DNA of 64,000 nucleotides from Octopus vulgaris (taxonomy: Eukaryota). Under the pieces are notes generated by a model that was not told the DNA's origin, did no database searches, and saw only the letters and a list, made by a program, of their open reading frames with translations. The DNA is taken from NCBI GenBank assembly GCA_951406725.2, contig OX597817.1:96100001-96164000 (forward strand), given 5' to 3'. Within the stretch, counting starts at the first letter, position 1; each line of letters starts with the position of its first letter. Made by a program: the position numbers and the translations under genes. Shown in pieces: positions 17,010-30,739 of the stretch.

Positions 17010-17030
17010 AAACTCACTGTGTAGCACAAA
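17010..17030 (+). CDS. Candidate 21-nt micro-exon of the VWA gene
   Basis: ttctttaacag acceptor and gtcagt donor (same hexamer as at 19932); phase 1-1, ETHCVAQ. Confidence 0.4.
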
Positions 17031-19343
17031 GTCAGTAAGCTTGAACTCCAATATCCGCTATGCAACGCTATGGAGAATGCACAGCTTATGGCCGGTGGCG
17101 AAAACAGGTTACATAACAACCCTTACAACAAAGTAGTAACACATCTTTTCGTCTGTTCATTCATACTTTCATAATTGTTCGAAAAAGCAAACTTGAGGTG
17201 ATGAATAATTTATACAAAGAGAGAAAATTATTTTATACTCTAGGTACAAGGCTTGAAATTTTGGGGGAGGGGGCCAGTCGGTTAGATCGGCCCCAGTATG
17301 CAACTGGTACTTAATTTACAGACTCCAAAAGGATGAAAAGCAAAGTCGACCTCGGCGGAATTTGAACGTAAAGACAGACGAAATAGTGCTAAGCAGCTCG
17401 CCGCCTTACAAAGAGAAAAAATTGAAGTAATTATTCATGGAAAAGCAAATTAAGTAACTTTCCATAAGCCAAATTAAAATTCTGTCTAAATGTAAACACC
17501 GGAATATAGATATTTCCTGCAGATTGGGTGGATGGTTTTGTCTTTTTTCTTTTTGCAGAAGTAACGTCCTGACTTAAACGGGGAAATTTCCTTAAGAAAA
17601 AATGCCTAGAACAAGCAGTCGTTATTTTCTCTTTCACAAATCATTTCATTGCTCCCTGGTGTGCATGTAAAAGTGTGTGGACTGGAGCATGTTTTAAGAA
17701 TGATATTCTTCGGTAAAACTAAGGTTTGCAGAGCATTTGTTTCAGTTCTTTATCCAACTGAGTTTGGCTTTGCCTTTCATCCATCTGGGCCTAGTTCTTG
17801 AATAAGAAATTAGTTGTAGTAGTGCATAAAATGTTAGTAGAGTACAGGACCAAATAAATACGATTAAAATATTTAGTTTGGTCACCCATATTTCAAGTTT
17901 AAATTCCGATGTTACATTTTACAACTCCGGAATCAATTAAGTATCAACAAATTTAAAGCTATTTACAATGTAAAAAATACTTTTTCTTCTTTTTTATTAT
18001 TCTGCTTGGAAGAGTGTATGTGTCCATGCATATGTGCACGTGCATATGTGTATGTGTATCTATACTGATATTAGATGTTAGATATAAGGCAACAAACTGG
18101 CAGAATCGTTAGCACGCCGGGAAAAATGCTTAGCGTGTTCAAATTCCGCCGAGATCGACTTTGCCTTTCATCCTCTCGGGGTCGATAAAATGAGTACAGG
18201 TTGAGTATTGGGGTTGATGTAATCAACTTACCCCCTCCCTCGAACCTGCTGGTCACCTTATGCCAAAATTTGCAACCAATATTAAATGTTACACTACCTA
18301 TGATGGTATATCACATGTATTTAATTTTAAAATTCTAGAGGCTGGTAAGAGAGAGTGGATAAATAGACATGCAACAATTACAGTCACTGTTTAAAGCTAG
18401 TAATTGATGTAAAAAGAAAAGTAGTTAAAAAATATGAAGAAAGAGATTCGAAGATAAGAAATGCTCTCTATAAACTAAAGTATGAAATATTTAGCACAGA
18501 AATATATTTATTCATATTCATTGATCGATAACAACTTGATTATAAATGAGTGAAAGGATACCTTAATAAATCGAATAGGAATCGGCTGAGTTATAGAGAT
18601 TCTGTTTGAAATTTTTCTATTCATTGTAGCTGAATACATAATCGGTAAATTGAGAGTTGTTAGAGCACTGTCCAAGTGTGCTGATTCTCGGTGTTCAGCG
18701 TTCAATTCCGGCCAAGGTCAACTTTACTTTTCCTCCTATCGGGGTCGATATAGATTAAGTATCAGACAAGTAGTAGGGTTAATGTACAGTGCTCCTCAGT
18801 CAACTCTAATGTATGTAAATCCGTTCAGTAGTTTTTCACAATTAGTTATCGTTATTTTATCCTACCTTATCTCAGATCAAATGTGCATTTGACCTAATGT
18901 TCCAACTGTGACCATCCGTCATTTGTTTAGGCATATAGTATTTGGGTCTATATTGAGCATTAGCTCTACATAAAGATACGGTGATGTAAGTATTTGGTGT
19001 CACTCTTACTGTTAAGCATTTTTATTGGTTCATTTATTTCTAAGATCGAAAGTTCTCGCGCTGGGATCCTTTTTTTCTCTTCACTTAAACACACCAACTC
19101 ACAGGTAAGAAGTATCTGTCAGTACCTGTTATGATGGCATGATGGATTAGTGTCGTAGAATTGGTGTATCAATGAATTTTATTTCATTTATAAATACATT
19201 TTCATACGCAAATCGACCCTCTTGCTAATTAAAATTGTTAGGATAGAAAACAAGAAAGAAAAAAAAACAAAATATTTAACTAATATTATTTTTAAATGGA
19301 AATCATTCTTAATATTAATCTATAAATTTTATTTTATTTCTAG

Positions 19344-19931
19344 GGTGCAAAAATATATCTGCTGATGTGTTTTTTCTTCTTGATTCATCGACTAGTATCA
19401 TTCAAGATGACTTTACAAAGCAGCTGAATGCTGTGGAAGATATCATAGATACCTATAGCATTGGCTCTGATAAAATGCGTATCGGGTTATCATTATATAG
19501 CAACACTTACAAGCAAGTCATAGATTTGAAAAATGGAGTTGAAAAATCAACTATTATTAATAAAATCAGAGGTGCTCAGTACCTAGGAGGCGGAACGAAT
19601 ACTGGCAACGCTCTATACAAAGTTATAACTGAAATATATCATGAAAAATCTAGTAGAAACCGTTTTTTGATTATATTTACCGATGGACAATCACTTGATA
19701 GAAGCTTCACAATAACAGAGGCTAAAAAACTCAAAGAAAATGGTGTAGTTATTTTTGCTGTTGGAGTCGGGCCGTTTGTTGATCAAGACGAACTGAATGC
19801 AATATCCAGTAATCCTTCGGAAGAATTTGTTTTGCAATTTGTGAACATGGACCAGCTGTCGGAAAAAGTGAAATTTCTAAGCAATAAAACATGCACAAAA
19901 ATTACTGAAAATACACAAAGGGATCAAGAGT
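19344..19931 (+). CDS. VWA gene exon: VWA domain 2
   Basis: ttatttctag acceptor and gtcagt donor; ADVFFLLDSSTS, GGGTNTG, IFTDGQS and IFAVGVG motifs. Confidence 0.92.
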
Positions 19932-20929
19932 GTCAGTAAATCATTTTTATCTACATATAACTAGCTTTTCAATGGATTATATTAGATTATATTATAGTTG
20001 GTTATATTATATGATTATATTGTATTGAAGTTTAACATCTAGAGTTGAGATATATGAAGTAATTGAAACTAGATAAAAAAAATCAAAAACATTTATAGTA
20101 GCTAAGGAAGTGTGAATCACTTAACCATTGTGTAGAAATTTACATTTATCATGTTACATTGGACACTATCATAGTGCCTTTCAGTAGAGTAAAGTGGTGC
20201 TGTTTCTCGTCTTCTTCGGGAAGGAATGAAACGTAATATTTCTAGCCGAGTTCAGTATTGCCTCTCATACTTCTGAAGTCAATGAAATATGTACTATTGA
20301 ATTGCTTCATGCAAAAATGGTTTTCATCTATTATGGTTGGTAAAATAGGTACTAGTGAAGTTGTCTGACAAAACATATGGGCTTTGTACCTCTCTTACAA
20401 ATATATTAAACTGAAAAGTACGTGGCAATTCATGCCTGTTTCAATAGAATTAACAACTTAAAATAGCGAATCAAAAGTATACTGTGCATATATGTATATG
20501 AGATTCGATATATTCTGTGAAATATAAAAAAACATATTATAAAGGAAACGGAATTCAGTTACCAAGCACCATTGGTCATTGAGAAAAAGATGTGTCCGTA
20601 ACACGTAGCATTATTTTCATGAAATGCAACGTAAAAGTCAGAACAATGGAAGGAATTCTTTTTTCCAGTTGCTGTCTAAAAGAAAGAAATAAAAAGAAAT
20701 GTTTAGTTAGTTGACTTTGAACTGGCCTATCTATAAAATATTTTCTGATATCCAATCGATATTGAAAAATGTAAAATTATTTTCATCAAGCTCAACGACT
20801 AATTTCACCTAGCTTTTGAGCGAAAATAATGTTAGTAGTCTACTAGAATATATGTATAGAAATTGCACTGTTTCCCGTATTACAATATTTCAGTATCTAT
20901 TTAAAGTTCTTTTTTTTTTACTTTTACAG

Positions 20930-21477
20930 ATTGCAACTCAACCAAAATTAGCGATTTTGTATTTGCTCTAAACAACAACTATTTGGGACATAGGAAAACA
21001 ACATATATTCTCAAAGCTCTTGATGATATTACTGGAAGAAAGTCACTCCGTGAAAAATTCAGATTCGGAATGGTTTTTGATAAGTGTCCAGATTTACAGG
21101 ATATTTCATTTACGTACGAAGATAGTAATCAGACAGTCCAGCAACAAATCATGAAATATAAAAATCAACCACTTCATACAATATTCGAAAAATTAAACAA
21201 TTTTGAATATTCAAAGTCCTTGAATCGAAGAGTAAGTCTCGTATTTGTTGATGAATCCATGCCTTTAGATAACCTTATGTTGCTAGCTAGGTTAGCTCGC
21301 AAAAACATGGAAATTTACATTGTGGCAATTGGAAAAAAGATGAGTTTTAAGGATATCGAAGCTGTTCCTTCAAGCCATATTATCTTCATACCGTCATATG
21401 AAGTTTTACTTTCGAAGTTTTATCATAAATTCGCCGAATTATTTTGTGTTAAAACTAGAGATGTTGAATTATCTTAA
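20930..21477 (+). CDS. VWA gene terminal exon: degenerate VWA domain 3
   Basis: cttttacag acceptor, phase 1; CNSTKISDFVFAL...LVFVDES...IYIVAIG; stop at 21475-21477. Confidence 0.85.
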
Positions 21478-21540
21478 TATTTTAAACCTAATGTAAAGTT
21501 TTAGACTTTTTAAGCATAAACGTCTAAAATTCTATAATTG

Positions 21541-21546
21541 AATAAA
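21541..21546 (+). terminator. Polyadenylation signal
   Basis: AATAAA 63 nt after the stop codon, followed by T/GT-rich sequence. Confidence 0.6.
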
Positions 21547-23477
21547 AATATACCAATAACTATTGTTTTTGTTATTAACTTCCTTGAACTTTTCATGTAA
21601 AGATCATACATTTCTGAATACTGTCTTTCAACTATACCTCGATGGTTTGAATTAAAATACAGTAGCAACAGAAGTAATTTGTTTTTACGAGGAGTTTATC
21701 ATATTTTTCCTTTACTGACAAAAATACAAAGTCGACAATTATTAAAAATGGTCTTAATACGAATTCTTAAGAAAAAAACAATTATGAAGAAAACGTAATA
21801 AAGGTTAAACTTAAATTGAAGCGTTATAAACGTTATACTGAAAAAAGAATATCTAATGAAGCATATAGAATCTCAGACTTTATTTAATTATAACTATTTG
21901 GAAACTTGTATATGTAAAGTTTGGCTGTCAGCCTAGGCGCTTCAATGATTTCACAGAGGCACGCCGTCCATCATGGTCCCCCATGCATGGTCTTAATTAT
22001 CAATATTTTCCACTGTCCTGAAGTAAGCTATCCACATAGGTTAGACGTTTTTTTCACCCCTGCTGATTCTTCCTTCGACTGACTATCATAAGACCAGTTG
22101 GCAATCTTTCGTTACAAGAACACACGACTGCTAGTGACAAACCACGTGTGTTTATTTACATTTGTGAAGATGATCGTTGATTTCCGTAAAACTTTTCTTA
22201 TTTTTTACATATGGGGTTGGGTAGAAATGGGATCATTTGTACTCCACAAGAATGAAACAAATACCAATTTTACTTTATTTTTAGTACTGACAAACATACA
22301 GTAGTATATTTGTCAGTACTTTATATCGTTGTGTATATGGTATTCATGCAAACTCAAATGGAGTATTTTTTAATGCCTAATGAATTTTTATTGTTGGTTT
22401 TGTTGAATGCTTCATTAGGATGCAAATCAATTTTTTCGTTTTGTTTTGTGAAGTATCCCAATATTTTCACATTTCTATGAAATGATTTTTTACACTGACC
22501 AATGCATTAATGGTGATTAGTATAAGTGTAAAATCTATAGTCGAAGAGCAATGTTGTTTATGCATCATGTGTATGCGTAATCTCAGATAGTGCTGTATCA
22601 TTAAAAAGAAAATATTTCTATATGATAAAGTTTTTTTCTAGTAAACAAAGCTAACTGAACTCACAGCACGCAAATCAATTGATGCATTCCATTCAGAGAC
22701 CCAGAAATGCAAAACTGCTAGTCATGTATTTCGTCAGATACCCAATAAGTAAAATACCAATCCAGTTTAAGAATATAATATTACAAGCTTATCGCACATT
22801 TAGCAGTATATCACTCTGTGATAGAATTCAACTGTCTTCATTTCTTTTAAGTGTGTATGTCAACATCGCTTGAATTCCTTCGAAGTGTCACTTTACGGTA
22901 AGTTATCTTGAGGCGGTGAGTCAACAGAAATGGGAGAATGATAAAGTCTGTCCTTCTGATTACACACACTGCTAAGGTCAATGCCTTTCATGTTTCGAGA
23001 AATGTCTAATATATGTTCTTAATAATAACAATGCAATATATTTCTTCATTAGAAGCCTTATTTGTTATGCTTATGCATTTGTGCTCACGCCCGAATTCAA
23101 CAAATGAACATTATTTTACTCAGGGGATCAACTAAGTTTTTACTTCCATAGCTTATTGTAGCAATAAATGTCAGGACCCTACATGAAATTAAGGTATCTC
23201 GACTGAATCCCACTCTGAGTCTTAGTTTCATCTTCAATAATTAAGCAATGGATTATCTCTGTATTTTATAAGTTAATTTATTTTATCTTGCCTCTTTGTA
23301 GAAGGATACAATACATTTGTGCTAGCAATTTTAATATCAAGTGTACATTTTGAAAATAATGATGCTTTCATTTCATTATTACAGGTAGCTACATATTTTC
23401 CGATATGACAATTCTAATGTATAAATAGTATGATGGCGTTATAGATAATCAGAGAGTAAAGGGTCAAAGCAAAAATT

Positions 23478-23995
23478 TTATATACGAAATAGAAGCAACA
23501 CTAGTGTAATAAACATTACCAACCACATATACTTAACGTACATTCATCGTGTGCATTTGCCAGTAGGCTGCGATTTGGTGTGGTGAAGAATACTCTCTCA
23601 AAGTGGCGGTGTTAAAACATGTGCAGGCGAGATAACCCACCTCCAATCCCATCCAGGTGTGATAGACATCGATGTTTCGCCATTCTTTGTGTATTGTCAA
23701 TATCATGTACCCGAACAAGATCGGAAATGAATCATATCGCTAGTCCACGACTAGCGTGTAAATAGTGTGCAAACTATGTGCTGGTATACCTGGACAATGC
23801 ATATGTAAGAATAAATTCAAATATGAAATTGAAGCAGCGCTAGTGTAATAAATTTATCAACCAGATATTCTTCACATATATGCTTTGTGCATTCGTGCAT
23901 TTTCGGGTACGTGATATTGATAAGCCAGAAAAATGGCAAAAACATCGGTGCCCATCACTCCTGGATTGGATTAGAGGTGAGTTATCTTTGTCTGT
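23478..23995. repeat. Composite direct plus inverted repeat (A-B...A-B inverted)
   Basis: 23480-23558 is repeated at 23820-23895; 23624-23715 is inverted at 23901-23992. Confidence 0.7.
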
Positions 23996-24024
23996 TCATG
24001 ACTTTCAGGTATTTTAATAATGTC

Positions 24025-25440
24025 CGGTCAATTCATCGACGGCAATTTGTCGTGGTTTAGTTTGTCCTCAGTCAATTCGTCGTTGGTCAATTCGTCCTCA
24101 GGTCAATTCGCCGTCAGTCAATTCGTCGAGATCATAGGTTAAATGGAAGAACGAATATGTGAATTTTAAAAAAAAACGTTTATTTCAAGATTTGTTGTAT
24201 TACATATTTATTTTTTTATTAAAATTTAAGATTATGTGCAATTACTTTTAGAAAAATAATTCTTTGGCTTGAATCATATTTTTCCGTGACATTTTTTATA
24301 CACAGGTTCATATCTGTATTTTTTTCTTTTGGCTTGGTTCTTCTCCTTGCATAAACTTTTGCAATTTGGTACTGGCAAACACTTTCTTACATTTAATCAT
24401 ATCAATAAGTTTACAAATATTTGGATGGCTAATATTAACTGTGTTTTTCAGCGCGCTGTGATAGGCTTCTAAATTATTTGTAGTACGAGCAATACCTGTC
24501 ATACATCGAGCCCAAACATTCCATATTGGTAATAGAAATGGAGGTTCAAGGCGTCGCCTCCTCTGTCCTCTTCTTCTATGTGGTTCTATATAATCATTTT
24601 CAAAATAGGATACAACTGACTGTGAAATATCATCATCATCTACAAGTTGTTCATATCCATCTACAACATCATCAACCGGCAGGAAGGTAAGGACAACAAA
24701 GCACCACAGTTTTTATACTAAAACTGTCATCTTCGTGGTATCTGCATTTTAGTCCTTCTTGTACAACATGCTTGTACACATTTTGTCCTAAATGAAACAA
24801 GCAGTATGCCAAATTCGACCAGGAAAGGATCCCAGAAATCTGTTACGGGCTGCTTTTTCGAAATCCATAATTATATTATCAGGTCCCTCATTCTGTCATA
24901 ATTCATTTATTTTGGTAAAAAGTCTACTATAAGTGCCTTGACTTTTGTCAGAGGGCAGTGCGAACAATAGTGAGACATTAAAATTATCAATTTGAATGGG
25001 AAGTATATATATAACTGAAAAAATATACTAGAGCAGCACTTAAATGTTCCATCTGCGGCCCAGTTCTTGTGCTGTTTTAACTGTCGAAGTGCTTCGTCAT
25101 TTGCAAATATTAATATTCGTTTAGAAACTTCCATTCCGCTGTCATACTGTAAAAACGTTTCCTCATTGTCAAGGTATTCATTTGAAATGGAAAACCCGAC
25201 ATTTGTAAGTATAGTTGGGACCAGTTTGCCTCCAACGTCTAATATTCCTTTTGAGTTGTGCAAACAGAGGTATTTGCGACAATGTACAGTCGTTTAAATT
25301 ATGAACATCACTAGCTCTAATTGAACGAGCGGCATCACGAGATGAAATAGACTTTACTTTAATATTGAAAACTATTATCTTTCATTGAGTTAAGCGCCTT
25401 TCCTCCTCTCTTTATTATTTTCGAGATTTTCAGTAACCAT
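24025..25440 (-). mobile_element. Mutator-like (MULE) transposon remnant
   Basis: WAADGTFKCC and RTTNNLEAYH transposase motifs; subterminal gtcaattcgtcg repeats at 24025-24130. Confidence 0.85.
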
Positions 25441-25459
25441 ATTTCGGCGCATATCTACT

Positions 25460-26560
25460 ATACTCTAAGTAAATGTGCTCTTTTAATCCTCGATTTCATC
25501 ATTTCCCAAGTCTGTTCGGCTGAGTGCTACATCTTCTGGCCACATATATTTTATGTGGTTCATTTTAAGGCCTACAGCTAAGCTCTGAGTGTCCAGTTCT
25601 GTCAACATGGTCTTTGGTTTCAGTGATGAATCATCTGGGAATCGGAGGAATGCTAGTAGCTCGCCATTGGTGTTCAAGTCACCTATTCAGTTAGTGCCCT
25701 TAATGACCATTTCTAGTCATGCAATAAAGAGCTTTAGAGAGATGGTATCTCCTACTCAGCCTACTCAGTTGGGACCCTCACTGATAATGATAACAGAGAT
25801 ATATCTGCTGTGCGTCCAGAGTGAGCATCTCTGAGAAGTTTGATGTACTGCGCCTCGACACCTGGCATTTCCAGAGATTTCAACACTGTGTTTATCTTGA
25901 GGCTATCAAAGGCCTTTTCGTAACCAACAAAAGTGATACATAAAGGAAGTATGCATTCGTTTGCTTGTTCTGTGAAGTGTGTTTAGAGTTAATATGTGAT
26001 CTATCATGTTGTAGTTCTTACAGAAGCCGAAACTTTTGGTCGCCGAGGTGTTTCAATAGAGGTGAGACAAGAGGTATATGGGGGTAATAGATTTTAAATC
26101 TTCTTTATCACCCTTCTTATGAAGCATGGTGGTATTTGACTCTTTCCACAGGGAGGTTACCTTCCTTCAAACAGTGATATAAGTGAAGAACGAGAATTTT
26201 TCACGGTTCTTCACCTCCGCATTTTGACATATTTGTTGCGATGCCCTATTTCCCAGGAGCTATGTTTAATCAGTTTCAAGGCATTTTCAATTTCACTGAT
26301 CAGAATAGGTGGCCCTTCTACATGCGCTCTTACACTCAGGTGAGATGTGAGCTGCTACGAAGGGGATATAACATCGATTGATGACGATGCAAAGGGCCGA
26401 GATGAGATAAAGAACGGAGTGGAGTGAAAGATGTGATCGCAGAATAACGAGAGCACAAGTTCATCTGGGCCAGGCATGACACAAGATTCACAGACTCGTG
26501 GTATCGAGAGATTGTAAAAAGCCATTTGGAAAGCCTCACCGACGATGGAAAGAAGATTTA
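25460..26560 (-). mobile_element. RTE-like LINE remnant
   Basis: Broken RT pieces: LHKKGDKED, FVGYEKAFDSL, LAVGLKMNH. Confidence 0.7.
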
Positions 26561-26809
26561 GTTAAGCCATTTGGGTAAAGATGAAAAGGAATAGCGCAAT
26601 CGAGGCAGAATTGGAAGTGAATTGTGACCATGTATCTGATGTCTGATCGATATTGCGATACTGTGATGCTGCGATTTCTTGCATAATTATTTATTATATC
26701 TTCTTCTTCTTCTTCTTCTTCTTCTTCTTCTTCTTCTTCTTCTTCTTCTTCTTCTTCTTCTTTTTCTTCTTCTTCTTCTTCTTCTTATTATTATTATTAT
26801 TATTAATAT

Positions 26810-26889
<80 letters not shown>

Positions 26890-26916
26890 TTATTATTAGT
26901 ATTATTATTATTATTG

Positions 26917-27397
26917 AGTGAGAGAGCAGTGCATGCCATCAAAGTGACACTGGGGTAAAATATACGAAGCCCAGTATACCCATCATGACTACCCGTCTGA
27001 TAAGGGTACACTAGGCATATGCATCATAACCATATGTGCTCGACATGGTGATCTCATATCAAGATATACAGCACATGACCTTACAGGTGAGGCCCAGTTA
27101 GAACTCATGTTTCCAGAGGTGAATTATTCAAACACCAAAAAATCCCTCTCAACACATGGCTATGATGCTCCCCCACTACTTCTGCTCGTGATCAGAGATG
27201 CACATATCGTCAGCCACTAAGGGATATGGTCAACTGGTTAAGGTCAAACAACTGACAAGCAAATCTGTGGTATTCAGCAGAATATTTGATGTAGCCCATC
27301 TTTTATACCAAGACAAAACAATGTACATGATAACGCTTCCAATCAGTTAAGATCAGAAGCCATGAGGGCCACTGCCTGGTACTGCATCAGGGCATTT
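26917..27397. mobile_element. ~480-bp non-coding element flanked by (ATT)n
   Basis: (ATT)n on both sides; second copy at 8958; no ORF. Confidence 0.75.
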
Positions 27398-27529
27398 ATT
27401 ATTATTATTATTATTATTATCATTATTATTATTATTATTATTATTATGATTATTATTATGATTATGATTATTATTATTATTATTATTATTATTATCATCA
27501 TCATCATCATCATCATCATTATTATTATT

Positions 27530-27615
<86 letters not shown>

Positions 27616-27636
27616 TATTATTATTATTACTATTAC

Positions 27637-27707
<71 letters not shown>

Positions 27708-27735
27708 TTACTATTATTATTATTATTATTATTAC

Positions 27736-27767
<32 letters not shown>

Positions 27768-27769
<2 letters not shown>

Positions 27770-28184
27770 TGGTCTTATTTTTATAACGTGCTTTCACTGC
27801 ACTATCGGGCGCAGTTTTGTGTACCTTGGATATATGGTGTAGTTTGTTGTGATGCTCTTATATTCACTGTATTGAAAGTGTTTTACGTAGGATGTGTGCG
27901 GTGCCTAGTAGTGCTATTTTTTGTATGTTATATATACTTGTTAGTCCTGGTGTCTTTGTTACGTATTTGTCTGAATGCTTTTTTATCATACATAATCCAC
28001 CTACTATGATAGGAATTGTTTCTATTTTTAGGCTCCACATTCGCGTTACCTCAAATCTTTGTATTTTGAAAACTTCTGCGTTTCTTTTAGAGATACATTG
28101 TCATTTGTTAGAACTGATACATCGATTAAAAAGCTTTCTTTTTCTTGATAATCTCAGACAACTATATCCAACATATTGACATTA

Positions 28185-28223
<39 letters not shown>

Positions 28224-30600
28224 TCTCCCTCCCTCTCTCTCTCTCCCTCTCTCTCTGTATTTGCATATTCCAAAATATGGTTGCTTTCTCATTTTCCGTG
28301 ACCGTTTCTGGCGTGTGCCTATACCATCTTTTTTTCTGTTGTTATTCCATAGTGTTGGCATAGCGTCCAGTGTATATAGATCCCACGTGTCTGTGAATAT
28401 ATTCCTTCTTTGCCAGGACTGGGCAACCAGAGACAATATGATTTATTGTTTCTTGTCCATATCTACATATTCTGCAGTTACTTTTATTTCTTTTCATGAC
28501 ATTTTTTTGGTAATTTCTGATGGGAAGGCTTTGATCTTGTATTGCAATCAAAATCATCCAGTCTCTGCTTTGAATTCTGAGCTTCTCAGTCATTTGGGGG
28601 TTTTTGCTTTGTGTATTTCTTTTCTATTTAGTTTAACCCAATATTTGCCATGAAGGGGCTTTTCTTGCCATCGTTTTATCATGATTCGTTGCTGTTCCAG
28701 TTTTAGTTTGGATTTCAGTTGTTTTACATCTTTTGTTGCTTCTTCTTTTTCTTCATTATTAAGTATTTTGATTTTTTTGTTTGTATTTGTATTCCTTAAT
28801 AACTGAAAACAGTTTTTTGTTTTTCTTCGTCTTTTGTTGCTATTTCTATTACTTTACCTTTCTTCTGAAGAAGGTATTTCTGTAGTCTTATTTTGTAATA
28901 ATTTTCTAGCTGTATAAGGTCTCTACCACCTTCGATACGTTGTATATATAACCTTTCTATGTCAGATTTTGGGTGGTGCATCCTAAATCCTGTCGTTATT
29001 TTTCTTGTTTTCTTGTCTATTTTGATTAGTTCATTTAGAGTGTATTTAAGAATATTGTAGCTGTAAGTTATAACTGGTATGACTGAAGTTTTGATACCTA
29101 TTGTCTTGTTTTTTGTATTGAGCTATGATTTAAGTCTTAATCTAACTCGTTTGTAGTATTCTTTTCTTATCTTCTCTTTCATTTGTGTGTGTTGTATTGT
29201 ATTTAGTTCATTGATTCCCAAGTATTTGTATGTATAATTTTGGTCTAATTCTCTTGTTTCATTTGTTTTATCTAGTGTGATGTTGTTACTCTTAACTAGG
29301 TTTCTTCTTTTCAATGTTGATTTAGCACATTTTTCTAAGCCAAGTTTCAGATGTATTTCTTTGGTAAATCCATGTACTGCCTGTAGTACAGCTGTATATC
29401 ATTTGTAACGTACAGTTTTAAATCATCCATATATAGGAGATGGCTGATTGTTTTGTCGTGACAGTTGTATCCATATCCAGTTCTGTTTAGCATGTCGGAT
29501 AAAGGTGTCAGTGCCAAGCAGAAAAGGAATGGAGAGAGCGTGTCTCCCTGAATATTCCTCTTCTAATGGGGATGGCTTTGATTTTTATGAGTCCCTCTTT
29601 TGTCTGCAGCTGCAGCACTGTCTGCCGTTCCTCTATCCCTCACCCTGCAATCTTTCTGTTCTGGAATCAAATTCTGACTGTCAAGATGCTCGTAAATGCT
29701 TCCTGAAACCATTCCTGTTAACAGCTTCCACACTAATGGTAAGCAAGTGATTGGTCTAGTTGCATTACCCTTGCTTTTAACTTTCATAACGAGTACTGTT
29801 CTCCCTCTAGTTAGCCATTCTGATATTATTCCTCCATTAAGGCAATTCTAAAGTTGTTCCCTCAGCCGCCCATGTAACCTACTAAATTTCTTTAACCAGT
29901 ACCCTTGAACTAAATCTGGTCCTGGGCCCTCCCAATTCAGCAATTTTCCTAACACTTTACACATTAATGCACTAGTTAGTCTGGCTGCTTCTCACTCACT
30001 ATTTCTTCCCCCGCTTTCTTTAATCATATTGCATCTCCAATACGATTGACTAGCTTATCCCAAATATTACTCCAGAACTTTCTAGCTTCTTCTTCATTAG
30101 ATTTCTCATCTTCAGTACTTTCTTCTCCGCGACTTACTTGGTTATAAAATCTCCTCCGGTGTGTCTCAAACAATCTACTCTGTTGATACTGATCTATTCT
30201 TTTCTGATATCGGAAAAACATAGCTGCTACTGCTATTATACGCTGTTTCAACTCTTCCATGACTGTTCCAAATCCTTTCTCTTTGACTAAGTATCTTTTC
30301 TCAAGAGAATCTTATTTCCTAACTTGTTCAGTTTCCAGGCTTCTATTCTACTCAGATCTTGTTTTAAAGTTTTCGCTTTATTTTGAAGTCTCCTTTTCTC
30401 CATTTGCTCATTTCTAATTTTTCTTTGTGGAATATTTAATCTTCTAGTAACTACTACCCCTCTTGCATAGATCAATGAGTTAGTGCTACCTACATTTTTG
30501 TATCTATCCTACTGGTAACTGAATCTACTTGCCTAGTCATATCTAGCAGCTTCCTTCTGTTGGTACCTTTTAATGCTGGCAATCTTTTCTTTCTTCTTTA
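27768..30600 (-). mobile_element. Two joined, decayed R4/Dong LINE copies
   Basis: CRICRYGQETINHIVSGC, YKYLGINE and RPITCLPLVWKLLTG; the 3' end abuts (ATT)n. Confidence 0.85.
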
Positions 30601-30739
30601 CTCATTGATTCCCGCAACCCATCTAAAATCTTCTTAATATATTAGAGAGGGGGTAATTAACCAAGTTGGGTAACTGTCATTGGGGTAGTTGTTGTCGATG
30701 GGGTGGAATTGTCCTATGGGGGTAATTGTCCTGATACGG

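Noticed and set aside
24025-24130. CRISPR-like spaced repeats (also 30640-30735)
   Set aside because: Short degenerate units in a eukaryotic context, the first set beside a MULE transposase; these are subterminal transposon repeats.
27330-27397. HDV-like ribozyme at the end of the 480-bp element
   Set aside because: I could not build consistent P1/P2/P3 pairings by eye.
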